NCBI RefSeq assembly: GCF_006345805.1
Contig: NC_043001.1
Coordinates: 115,878,001 to 115,942,000, forward strand
Length of the DNA: 64,000 nt
Direction of reading: 5' to 3'
Source of the DNA: Octopus sinensis
Lineage: Eukaryota
Numbering within the stretch: the stretch's first letter is position 1; each line of letters starts with the position of its first letter. Made by a program: the position numbers and the translations under genes. The notes beneath the pieces were generated by a model, which saw only the letters and a list, made by a program, of their open reading frames with translations, did no database searches and was not told where the DNA came from. Positions 25,800 to 37,340 of this stretch are shown here, one piece after another.

Positions 25800-26628
25800 G
25801 TAAGTTCTTTCAATGTTGTCGTTTATACAGGAGGAATATACTATGTCTTTAAATTTAATATCCACTTATTTCCATGTTTTCTCACTCTCTAAAACTGTAA
25901 ATCATATTCAGTTCTCATATTCGTGTTATATTTATTTGATTAAGTCTGAACATATCAATGACTGTCAGTTGATAATTGTCTGCATAAAAATGTTATTCCT
26001 GAAAATATATATGTGTATGTTCATATGTATGTATGTATCTGCACTATTAATATAAGTTTTAGCTACTATTTTCATACACATTGTTCTGTTGATTCTGTGG
26101 TGCCGTGTGGTTATTTATCCACATTTCCACCGAAATAAAGTTTTTGTTATTGTTGTTGTAGTTTTTGTTCTTCTCCTTTTTCTTCTTCTTCTTCTTCTTC
26201 TTCTTCTTTCCTTCTCCTTCTCCTTCATTTCCCTTTCTTCTTCTTCTTCTTCCTAAATCCCACCTCTCCTCCTCCTCCGCTTCCTTCTCTGCCTCCTCCA
26301 CCTCCTCCCCACTCTCCTTCATCTTCTACTTCTTCTACTTCTTCTTCTTCTTCTTCTTCTTCTTCGTCTTCTTCTTCCACTTCTTCTTTTTTTACTTCTT
26401 CTTATTCTTCTTCTTCGTCTTCTTCTTCCTATTCTTCTTTTTTTTCTACCTCTTCTTCTTCTTCTTACTTTTTTTCGTCTTCATCGTCTTCACCTTCTTC
26501 TTTTTCGTCTTCTTCTTCCTATTCTTCTTCTTCTTCTTCTTCTTCTTCTTCTTCTTCTACTTCTTCTTCTTCTTCTTCTTACTTTTTTTCGTCTTCATCT
26601 TCTTCACCTTCTTTTTCTTCTTCTTCTT

Positions 26629-26677
<49 letters not shown>

Positions 26678-26830
26678 TCTGTACTTTCTGCATCGTTACT
26701 GGTCTCCCTCTTTTCCATTCTCTTCGTTATCTTTCTTCTTTTTCTTCCTTTCATTCTGAAGTCACAGTGTTTGATGTCGTATCACAAATATTTCCATATA
26801 ATCTATTTTACTCTTTCTTTACTGCTATAG

Positions 26831-26902
26831 AGATCTGCAAGGAAGCAACATTGCAACCATCAAAGAAGGTACATTCACGGGGCTTTCAAATTTAAAGGGC
26901 TT
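26831..26902 (+). CDS. LRR exon type A (72 bp): DLQGSNIATIKEGTFTGLSNLKG(L)
   Basis: gctatag|AGATCTG...GGCTT|gtaagt; open frame, phase 2-2. Confidence 0.88.
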
Positions 26903-27447
26903 GTAAGTTTGTTTAGTTTCTTGATACTATTTTCAGAAACTAATAATTGATGCTAATATATAAGCTCACAAATGTATAAAATTTCAGACTTAACCAAACA
27001 AAATCAATTCGAATTTGTAGAATGAACACGATTTCGGAAGATGCAAAGAGAATAGGAGAGAGCGAGACAATATGAAAGAAAGAGAGAGAATTTGAGAGGG
27101 AAAGTGAAATAAAAGGAAAAATATAATGTTCCTTTATTGTAGTTGCTTTGTTTCAATTCGCATCTCAATAACTCATTTATGTTCCCCAAATTTCAATGAT
27201 TTTGATATGAATTTGTATTAGAAATGGTAACGTTTGTGAGTTTACATGTTTGCATCAAATATTTTTAGCTGAAGTATATGTGTATATTCATATATAAGTG
27301 TAGTTCGGTGTGAAATGTGACTATATTATTCCTTTATTTTATATTTTGCATCTTCCTCCATTTCTTCTTTCAATATTCTCCTTCGTGTTTCGATATTATC
27401 ACACAATTTCGAATTTTGTCATTCACGTCACGTTATTTATGTAATAG

Positions 27448-27534
27448 GGCAACTGAAGTGGAAGCGGAAAATATATATTCGAATAATATAGTCACATACA
27501 TTCTATCTGTAAACCTGAAATACTTACTGTACTT
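27448..27534 (+). CDS. Type B LRR-like exon (87 bp)
   Basis: aatag|GGCA...TACTT|gtaagc; open frame. Confidence 0.5.
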
Positions 27535-29695
27535 GTAAGCTGGATATTCGCCTGATACAATTAAACTGATGATATTTTGTAAGCGTGTGTTTTCTAATAT
27601 TCGGTGACAATGAAGCGATATGAAATAAATAATATCTCTCACCATATTTACACAAGGGTGAGTGGGAATAGTGTGATGTGAGTGTGCATACCGCATTCGT
27701 CGTTGATACTATGAATATAAGAATGCGAATGAGTGCGTTTCAATATGTTGAATTTGATTCCGTATATTCCTGATTTTTCAGCCATGTCTTCTCGCCCCAA
27801 ATTTATCGATCTATCCTTGAATTATTTCCAGATATTTGAGAACATTTTCAAGCTTCATCGTCTTCAACACCATGATTTTCAATGTGTCTTCATTTTATCT
27901 TCTTCTTCTTCTCTTCTTCTCTTCTTCTTCCTTTCTCCTTCCTTTTCTTCTGTAGTTTTTCTTTTCTTATTCTTCTTCTTCTTATTATTCTCTTCTTCTT
28001 CTTTCTTCGTCGTCGTCGTCGTCGTCGTCTTTTCTTTTCTTCGTCTTAGTCTTCTTCACCTTCCTCCGCCTCACCTCCTGCTCATCCTTCTCCTCCTTCT
28101 TTTTCTTCTCTTCTACTTCTTCTCCTTCTTCATTTTCTTCTTCTTCTTCCTCTTCTTTTAAACTATTCTTCTTCTTCTCCTCCTCATCCTCCACCTCCAC
28201 ATCTTTCTTTTCTTCTTCTAATTTTATTCTCTTCTTCTCCTTCATCTACATTTACTTCTTGTAATTTACTTCCTCCTCCCACCACCCCATCCCCCTCCTT
28301 TTTCTTCTTGTAATTCTCATCCTCCTCCTCCCTCTCTCCCCTCTTGCTCCTTCTTCTTCTTCTATTCTTATTTTCCTTCTTCTTATTCTCCTTCGTCTTC
28401 TTCTTCTTCTACTTCTCTTCCTCCTCTTCCTCCATCTTTTTCCTTTTCTTCTTCTCTTTGTACTACTTCTTTTTTCTTCGTCTTCTACTTCTTCTACACT
28501 TTCTACTTCTTCATATTCTTCTCCTCCTCCTTCTTTCTCATCTTCTTCCCCTTCATCCTCCTCCTCCTTTTTCCTCCTCTTCCTTCTTCTTCGTCTTCTT
28601 TTTTCTTCTTCTTTTTCTTCTTTTCCTACTTCTACTTCTCCTCCTCCTTCTTCTTCTTCTTCTTCTTCTCCTACTACTCCTTCTTCTTCTTCTACTTCTC
28701 CTCCTCATCTTCCTCCTTATTTTTCTTTTTCTTCAACTTGTCTTTCTTCTACTTCATTTTTTCTACTTCTACTTCTTATTATTATTCTACTTTCTACTTC
28801 TTCATCTACTTCTCCTCTTACCTCTCTTTCTTCTTCATATTTTCATTTTGTTATTCTCCTCCTTCTTCTTTTTTTTTCTCTAACTTCTTCTTCCCCTTCA
28901 TCCTCCTCCTCCACCTCTTGCCTCCTCTTCCTTCTTCTTCTTCTCTTTCTTCTACTGCTTCCTGTTCTTCTTCTTCTACCTCTCCTCCTCCTCCTTTTTC
29001 TTCTTCTGCTTCTTCTTCTTCTTCTTCTTCTCCTCCTCCTCCTCCTTCTCCTTCTTCTTGTAATTCTTCCTTTCCCCTCCCCCTTCTTATCCTCCTTCTT
29101 TTTCTTCTTCTTCTTTTTCGTATTCTTCTTCTTTTTCTTCCTCTCCTACTTCTACTTTATTCTACTACTTCTTCTCCTCTTTCTTCTTCTCTCATTTTCT
29201 TTTTTGTATTTCTCTCCCTCCTTCTCCTCTTCCTCCTCCTTCTTCATCATCTTCTTCTTCTTCTTCTTCTTTTTCCTCTTCTCCTTTTTCTTCTCTTTTA
29301 CCTATTCTTCTTCGTCTCCTCACCCTCCTCCTCCTCTTTTTAATAATTTACATCTTTTTCTTCTACGCTACACTCTGCTCCTCCTCCTATTTCCCCCACC
29401 CCTCCTGCATCTCGTTGGCCTAATCCGTTCTCAACCTTTTTCTTCTCCTTCGTTCCTCCTCCTACTCCAACTCCTCCTTCTTCTACTTCTTCTCCCCCTC
29501 CTCTTCCTCCTTGTCTTCTCCGTTTCCCCTTCCCCTACCCCTTCTTCTTTGGCTTCTTCTTCTCCTCAATCTCTTTCCTGTTCCTCTTCTCGTATTATTT
29601 TCCTATAATTTTGTCCCTTTTCAAAAAGAACAATATTGAATATGTTATCGCAATTCACACTATGTCAATCTAACCAATATTGTTTCCTGCTTCAG

Positions 29696-29767
29696 ATCTC
29701 TTTCCTCCAATAAAATTTCAAGGATTGAAAAAGAAATGTTTCAAGGCCTTCACAGATTACAGAAATT
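29696..29767 (+). CDS. LRR exon type D (72 bp): SLSSNKISRIEKEMFQGLHRLQK(L)
   Basis: cctgcttcag|ATCT...AAATT|gtaagt; open frame, phase 2-2. Confidence 0.9.
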
Positions 29768-30909
29768 GTAAGTTCTTTCAATGTTGTCGTTTATACAGGA
29801 GGAATATACTATGTCTTTAAATTTAATATCCCCTTATTTCCATGTTTTCTCACTCTCTAATACAGTAAATCATATTCAGTTTACATATTCGTGTTATATT
29901 TATTTGATTGAGTTTGAACATGTCAATGACTGTCAGTTGATAATTGTCAGCATAAAAATGTTATTCCTGAAAATATATATGTGTATGTTCATATGTATGT
30001 ATGTATCTGCACTATTAATATAAGTTTTAGCTACTATTTTATTTCACATTGTTCTCTTGATTCTGTGGTGCCGTGTGGTTATTTATCAACACTTCCACCG
30101 AGATAATTTTTTTGTTATTTTTGTTGTTGTTTTGTTCTTCTTCTTGTAATTCTCCTATTCCCCTGCTCCTCCACCTCCTTCTCCTCCTTTTTCTTCCTCT
30201 TCTTCTTATTGCAAATCTCCTCCTCAACCTCCCCTCTTCGTCCTACTCATCCTCCTTTTTCTTCAATTTCTTCTTTCTCTTCTTCTATTTTTCTTCTTCT
30301 TCATCTTCTTAGTCTTCTTCTTTCTTTCTTCATCTCCTTCATGTTCCGTCTTCTTCCTCTTCTTCTTCTTCTACTTCCTCTTCTTCTTCTTCTGTATCTT
30401 CTTCTTCCTCTTCTTCTTCTTCTACTACTTTTTCTTCTTTTTCTTCTCTGTACTTTCAGCTTCGTCACTGGTCTCCCTCTTTTCCATTCTCTGTCAATTC
30501 TTCCTCTTATTTTCATTTTCCTGCTCTTCCTGCTCCTTCTGCTGCTACCCCTAGCTACCCCTCCTCAGTCATACCTTCCTTTGTCCTCCTCCTAACCTCT
30601 CCACCTCTCCTCCAACTCAGCCTCCTCCACCTCCTCCCCAATTCTCCTTCTTCTCCTTTCTTTTTCTTTTTCTTCTTCTTCTTCTTCTTCTTCTACTTCT
30701 TCTCCTATTTCTTAATTCCCTTCATCCACCTCCTCCTCCTTTTTCTTCTTATTCTTCTTCTCCTTCTCCTTTCTTGTTCTTCTTCTTCTTCTACTTCTTC
30801 TTCGTTATCTTTCTTCTTTTTCTTTCTTTCATTCTGAAGTCAAAGTGTTTCATATCGTATCACAAATATTTTCCATATAATCTATTTTATTCTTTCTATA
30901 CTGCTATAG

Positions 30910-30981
30910 AAATCTTTGGAACAACAGCATTTCAACCATCAAAGAAGGTACATTCACGGGGCTTTCAAATTTAAAAGTATT
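30910..30981 (+). CDS. LRR exon type A (72 bp): NLWNNSISTIKEGTFTGLSNLKV(L)
   Basis: gctatag|AAAT...GTATT|gtaagt; open frame, phase 2-2. Confidence 0.9.
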
Positions 30982-31525
30982 GTAAGTTCGTTTATTTTCT
31001 TGATACTATTATCCGAAAGTAATATTTGATGCTGATATATAAGCTCACAAATTTATAAAATTTCAGACGGCACCAAACCAAATCAATTCGAATTTGTAGA
31101 ATGAACACGATTTCGGAAGATACAAAGAGAATAGGAGAGAGCGAGACAACGTGAAAGAATGAGATAGAATTTGAGAGGGAAAGAGAAATAATAGGAAAAA
31201 TATAACGTTCCTTTATTGTAGTTGCTTTGTTTCAATTCGCATCTCAATAACTCATTTTTGTTCCCCAAATTTCAATGATTTTGATATGAATTTGTATTAG
31301 AAATGGCAACTTTTGAGAGTTTACATGTTTGCATCAAATATTTTTAGCTGAAGTATATGTGTATGTTCATATATAATTGTAGTTCTGTGTGAAATGTGAC
31401 TATATTATTCTTTATTTTATATTTTGCATCCTCCTCCATTTCATATTTCAATATTCTCCTTCGTGTTTCGATATTATCATTCAACTTCGAATTTTGTCAT
31501 TCACTTCACGTTATTTATGTAATAG

Positions 31526-31612
31526 AGCAACTGAAGTGGGAGCGGAAAATATATATTCGAATAATATAGTCACATACATTCTATCTGTAAACCTGAAATA
31601 CTTACTGTACTT
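31526..31612 (+). CDS. Type B LRR-like exon (87 bp): ATEVGAENIYSNNIVTYILSVNLKYLLY(L)
   Basis: aatag|...TACTT|gtaagc; open frame. Confidence 0.5.
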
Positions 31613-32682
31613 GTAAGCTGGAATATTTGGCCTGATACAATTAAAATGCTGATATATTTCTTGTGAGCCTGTGTTTTTTAATATTCTTGTGACAATGAAG
31701 CGATATGAAATAAATAATTTCTCTAACCATATTTCCACAAGGGTGAGTGGGAAGATGTGTGATGTGAGTGTGCATACCGCATTCCGTCGTTGATACTATG
31801 AATATAAGAATGCGAATGAGTGCATTTGAATATGTTGAATTCTGATTCCGTATATTCCCTGATTCTTCAGCCATGTCTTCTCGCCCAAAATTTATCCTTG
31901 AATTATTTCCTGATATTTTGAGAACATTTTCAGTTTCGTCTTGAACACCATCATTTTCAACGTATCTTCTTCTTCTTCTTCTTCTTCTTCTTCTTCTTCT
32001 TCTTCTTCTTCTTCTTCTTCTTCTTCTTTTTCTTCTTCTTTTTGTTCTTTTCTTCTTCTACTTTTCCTCCTCCTCCTTCTTCTTCTTCTTTTTTTTGTTA
32101 TTCTCCTCCCCTTCCTCCTACTTCTTCTTCTTATTGTTGTTGTTCTTCTTCTACTCCTTCTTCTCCTTCCCCTTCTTCCTCCTCCTTCTCTTTTCCTCCA
32201 TTTCCTTCTCCTTCTTCTTTTTCTTCTTCTTCTTCTTCTCCTTCTTCTTCTTCTTCCTCTTCTTTTTCCTGATTCTTCTTCTTTTCTCTTTCTTTTACTT
32301 CCTCTTCTTATTCTTATTCTCACCATCCTCTTCATTCTTCTACTTCTTCTTTTTCTTCCTCCTCTTTTTAATCTCCTATTACCCCCCCTCTGCATCTGAT
32401 TGTCCTCCCCCGTCCTCAATCTACTTCTCCTTATCTCCGCCTACTCCTCCAACTCCTCCTTCTTTTACTTCTTCTCCCCCCTCCTCTTCGTCCTTGTCTT
32501 CTTCTTTTCCCCATTCCCCCTCCTCCCCTTCTTCTTTGGCTTCTTCTTCTCCTCAATCTCTTTCCTGTTCCTCTTCTCGTATTATTTTCCTATAATTTTG
32601 TCCCTTTTCAAAAAGAACAATATTGAATATGTTATCACAATTCATACTATGTCAATCTAACCAATATTGTTTCCTGCTTCAG

Positions 32683-32754
32683 ATTTCTTTCCTCCAATAA
32701 AATTTCAAGGATTGAAAAAGAGATGTTTCAAGGCCTTCACAGCTTACAGAAATT
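32683..32754 (+). CDS. LRR exon type D (72 bp): FLSSNKISRIEKEMFQGLHSLQK(L)
   Basis: cctgcttcag|ATTT...AAATT|gtaagt; open frame, phase 2-2. Confidence 0.9.
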
Positions 32755-33311
32755 GTAAGTTCTTTCAATGTTGTCGTTTATACAGGAGGAATATACTATG
32801 TCTTTAAATTTAATATCCCCTTATTTCCATGTTTTCTCACTCTCTAATACAGTAAATCATATTCAGTTCTCATATTCGTGTTATATTTATTTGATTGAGT
32901 CTGAACATGTCAATGACTGTCAGTTGATAATTGTCTGCATAAAAATGTTATTCCTGAAAATATATATGTGTATGTTCATATGTATGTATGTATCTGCACT
33001 ATTAATACAAGTTTTAGCTACTATTTTGTTACACATTGTTCTGTGGAATCTGTGGTGCCTTGTGGTTATTTATCCACACTTCAACCGAAATAAATTTTTT
33101 TGTTATTGTTGTTGTTGTTCTTCTTCTTCTCATTCTTCTTTTCTTCTTCTTCTCCTTCTCCTTCTTTTCCTTTTCTTCTTTTTCTTCTTCTTCTTCGCCT
33201 CCTCTTCCGCTTCCTCCTCCTCCTTCTTCTTCTACTTCTTCTTCTTTTCCCTCTTCTTCTTCTTCTTCTTCTCTTGCAATCCTTGGCAAAACAGTCCACA
33301 ACTCCTCTACT

Positions 33312-33490
33312 TTACAGTAGGTATATAGATGGCATTAATATCACAGCTCTAGTAACGGTAATGTGGAAACTGAGAGGAACATAATGGAGAGCATCCAGCA
33401 AGTAGCCAACTCCATCTACCAAAGTATCAAGGTGACTATAGATTATCCCACTAGGCACCCCAACAATGGAATCCCCGTCCTTGTTACTGA
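33312..33490 (+). mobile_element. Decayed Penelope-like RT fragment
   Basis: Translates RYIDGINI and MESIQQVANSIYQSIKVTIDYPTRHPNNGIPVL, resembling PLE RT (RYVDD.N.; ANSI...IKVT.D.P.....G..P.LD). Confidence 0.6.
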
Positions 33491-34312
33491 ACTGCACTAT
33501 TACATGATTTAATTAGTAATTCAGTTCTCAACCTAATTAATTGCATCGTTTTGGCAATGATGATCGAGATGTAAGCTACATTTGGAGCTGAAATAATTGG
33601 AAATTGATTCTTTAAAATATTTATTTCAAAGATTTTGAGGTCAAAAATGGCAGCGTAAGGCAAAACGTGACTTTGAATCAAAATAGCTCAGTTATTTCCA
33701 AAGGTAATGTGTAGATTAATCAAATTTAAAAGAATGTCTTCATGGGGAAGACTCTTGTAGTAAAAATCCCGTTATAAAAATCAACCAAGAAAAAAGCAGT
33801 GTGGCTTTTAGCGACGTAGAATTGGTAACAATTAAATCCACGTCGAAGTGTTCTAATGCTTCTGATATTTGTTTGCCAATGATTTCCAATAAAGTTTGAT
33901 GAGCTATCCTTGTTCTTCATTGTCTTCTGAAGTGTTCAAATTGTAAAGTCAATTTATAGGTACCCAGTATATATCTTCTACCAAAAGGTGACCATTGTTT
34001 TATGTACTTTGAATAGGGTTCTGAAAGTTATGCACTGGCCTGAAGATGGTCAATGTTATTGCAATAATTAATATTTTATTGTTTTGAAAACCTTTTTTAT
34101 CATTACACTGCTACTGGAGTATGTACTTTTACTATTCCTTGTTTCAGTTATCAGATTGCGGCCATGCTGGAGTACTACCTTCATGCGTTTACTCGAACAA
34201 ATCATCCTTAGTACTGAATTTTTTAAATCTGGCACTTAATCAGTCGGATACCTTTTGAGGAATCACTAAGTTACGGGGGACGTAAACAAACCAATATTGG
34301 TTATCAAACACT

Positions 34313-34359
<47 letters not shown>

Positions 34360-34821
34360 GAAGGGAATCCACACAGTTTCCTGCAGCAAATTTACTCACA
34401 ACGCTTAGTTGACCCAAGGTTATAGTTAATGTTATTTGTCCAAGGTGCCACACAGTTGGACTAAAGAATCCATGGATGTGAGAAGTAATTTTCCTGCCAC
34501 AGAACCTTGCCTATATGGAGGATGATATTTCTACCATAGATGAGAATGTTGACTAAAACCCATATTGTGCACATAAGAAAGTCTCCTTGTTATTTTGTTA
34601 GTTTTGTATTTTATCCTCTTCCATCTTTTGCTGTTTTGTTATCAGGTTTTCTTTTAGGAAATTAAGTTAGATTGAAGGAACCTATTCTTGTTCAAACAAC
34701 ACTTCCCAGAGAACTATAAAGAGAAATAAACAATTGTAGTGTGTAATATCAGCATTTACCCTGTTAGTGTTGACTACAACGCAATTTAGTATTGAACAGG
34801 AGTAAACATATTTATTTACTT

Positions 34822-35205
34822 ACTAGCAGTATCGCCCGGCGTTGCTCAGGTTTGTAAGGGAAATAACTATAAAGCATTTTTAGAGAGTTATAGCCAAAAA
34901 ATAGCAAAAAGATGGAAAAAAATGATGGTAAATTTTTTTTGAGATTTAAAAAAAGGGGGAGTCGCGTCCCTAGACAGTTTGTGGTTTGTGTTTCTCATTG
35001 TCGACCCCATGTCGAATTTATCGATTTTTTTCAGAACTGGGGGAACTTTTCAAAATTTTCGCTGCGTAAGTTTTGAATTATGACATTGGGCTATGTGTGT
35101 GTCAAGTTTCATCAGAATCGGTTGAAAGCCGTGGTCAGGGTGAGGGTACAAGCAAACAGACACACAGAAACACGCACAGACAAACTGCCGTTTGTAGAGA
35201 GAGAT
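34822..35205 (+). mobile_element. Non-autonomous Helentron/DINE-1-like (HINE) element
   Basis: 5' actagcagtatcgcccggcgttgct end and 3' caagtttcatcagaatcggttgaaagccgtgg...acagacaaactgccgtt tail, recalled as typical of HINEs; not verified by search. Confidence 0.45.
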
Positions 35206-35243
35206 ACTTATTTTAAAGTGTGTAATATTTGTCTCTTTTTCAG

Positions 35244-35315
35244 ATATTTGGACAGCAACCCAATAGAAAAATATGAAGATGGCGCTTTCTTATTCCTCCA
35301 CAGCATAGCTGAAAT
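35244..35315 (+). CDS. Single-copy LRR exon (72 bp): YLDSNPIEKYEDGAFLFLHSIAE(I)
   Basis: gtctctttttcag|ATATTTG...GAAAT|gtaagc; phase 2-2; joins exon 32683-32754 and exon 45233 in frame. Confidence 0.9.
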
Positions 35316-35643
35316 GTAAGCAAACAAGTTCTTTTTGTTTATAGGAAAATGAAAATCATAAAATGAGGTCATAAAATTCTCAGTTCCTCGTTAAATGTTG
35401 TTGGTAATAAACAACAATGAGTTGATTTAAATTTCAGTGGATCGACATGATTTCCGAGCACTGTGTTTTATTATCGAAAAGTTTATGTTCAAATATCAGA
35501 AGGTTGATTTGAATAGTTTCCTCCATGTTTATAAATACACATAATTAACTGGGGTCGAGAGAGTGGCCTACATACCAACCTACATGCACACATATATAAA
35601 GATTCCTGTGTGTGTATTCGTATGTGCATACATAAGCATACAT

Positions 35644-35685
<42 letters not shown>

Positions 35686-36611
35686 ATATATATATATATT
35701 TACACACATACACACATGTATATATATTAACACGTGTGTGTGGAGAGGTAAAGAAAGAGAGGGAAATTTAACACAATCCTATCCCTATTAAAGCTTAACC
35801 ACACTGCTTGGAATGGAGAACATTTTAAGGGAGATAAATAGTAGTAAAATTAACAACGTTCACGCAGTATTAGCGGTTGGGAGGTATACAAGCAGATCTA
35901 TTTCAAAATTGTATTTATCAGAACATTATAGAATTGCATTACGATGTAGCAAAATTCCTAAAAGGTTCAGAATATTCTCTTCTGAAAATCATTTTCAATA
36001 AAGGAAGTGCCAAGGGAGAAAATATTTCCAATACCTACAATTTCAGATATATCTGCTGCAATTTCCAGTTATATTTAGAATGCTTATCCAGCTAAATCTC
36101 TCATGTCAAATATAACTGGTATTTTACTCAGCAATATTTCGCAGCTTCGCAATACCTATCAACTTTCGCCACAGCACATATATGACAATACCATTTGCTC
36201 GTATGTCACTTATATCTTGTAGCTGGTAATCTCTATATTGCAGGTTAGCTACATTTAGTAGATTTATCCATATCTTGTATGTCATCTCTTCAAACATATC
36301 ATCAAAATCTATCATAGCATATCATCTATATCTAGTATATCCTCTAAATCTAGTATGCCATTTATATATTGTATGTCATCTCTTTCTCCTCTGACAGCTG
36401 TATATAATCTGTTTGCCCAATAATTTTATTATATCATGTTTGTCTTATGATTCAAAATTATATCTAGAATATCATTTAAAGATTCTCTAACCACATCCTA
36501 CCTAATTTTATTTGGTATCTGTTATTTTCAATTATCATTTTCTCATTTCTCCTCTCTAATAAATTTACTGCAGTATGTAGTACAGAGTGGTGTGAATGGC
36601 TTACATTCATA

Positions 36612-36667
<56 letters not shown>

Positions 36668-37012
36668 ACTCTAACTTTACTTTCTACTACCATATTCATG
36701 CTTGAATGTGTATGAAGATGTCTATGATTGCATGTGAAGGGTCAAATGAGAAGGTTAAACCTTCTTTTTTTCATTTTCCTTCTAATTTCTACTCAGGCAT
36801 AAGACAATTGAACTGAGAGGTTTTTGGCTTTAGGGATTATCGGATGACCTCCTTACAATGGATTATTTGGTTTTGGTCAATACACAGCGAATGACACAGA
36901 CCAAAACACATACAGAAATATTAAAATGTATTGAAATTAAAATGAAACAGTTATCTTCTATCACATAACTTATAAAATCAACAAATTATTATTATTATTA
37001 TTATTATTATTA

Positions 37013-37203
37013 TTTAGCACACCGGGAGAAATGCTTATTGGTATTTCGTCTGTCTTCACGTTATGAGTTCAAATGCCGCCGAGGTCGACTTTGTCTTTTA
37101 TGCTTTCAGCGTCGATTAAATAAGTACCAGTTACGCACTGGAGTCCATCAAATCGACTTAGTCCCTTCCCCCAAATCTGAGGCCTTGTGCTTCCGCTAGA
37201 AAG
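37013..37203 (+). mobile_element. tRNA-derived SINE copy inserted in an (ATT)n tract
   Basis: gagttcaaatgcc B-box and core gaggtcgactttg...gtcgattaaataagtaccagt shared with the 9885 and 46681 copies. Confidence 0.8.
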
Positions 37204-37227
37204 GATTATTATTATTATTATTATTAA

Positions 37228-37307
<80 letters not shown>

Positions 37308-37340
37308 TATTATTATTGTTTATTATTATTATTATTATTA

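Larger units (their letters stand above)
12600..33280 (+). repeat. Mosaic tandem array of LRR exon-intron cassettes separated by degenerate (CTT)n tracts
   Basis: Recurrent conserved blocks (ctgaagtcacagtgtttgatgtcgtatc...; gatatgaatttgtattagaaatgg...; gttgtcgtttatacaggaggaat...) each flanking an LRR exon; pyrimidine tracts of ~0.1-1.7 kb between them. Confidence 0.95.

Noticed and set aside
12600-33280. Regularly recurring conserved blocks as a CRISPR-like array
   Set aside because: Units are 0.7-4 kb exon/intron cassettes in eukaryotic DNA, with no short repeat-spacer structure or cas genes.
12427-33384. Long poly-Leu/Phe/Ser (+) and poly-Arg/Lys/Glu (-) ORFs, up to 501 aa
   Set aside because: Translations of stop-free (CTT)n tracts that lie inside introns defined by the flanking LRR exon splice sites.
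33500-33950. Possible minus-strand L1-like RT remnant (TAFFLVDFYNGIF)
   Set aside because: Too degraded to call from the sequence alone.
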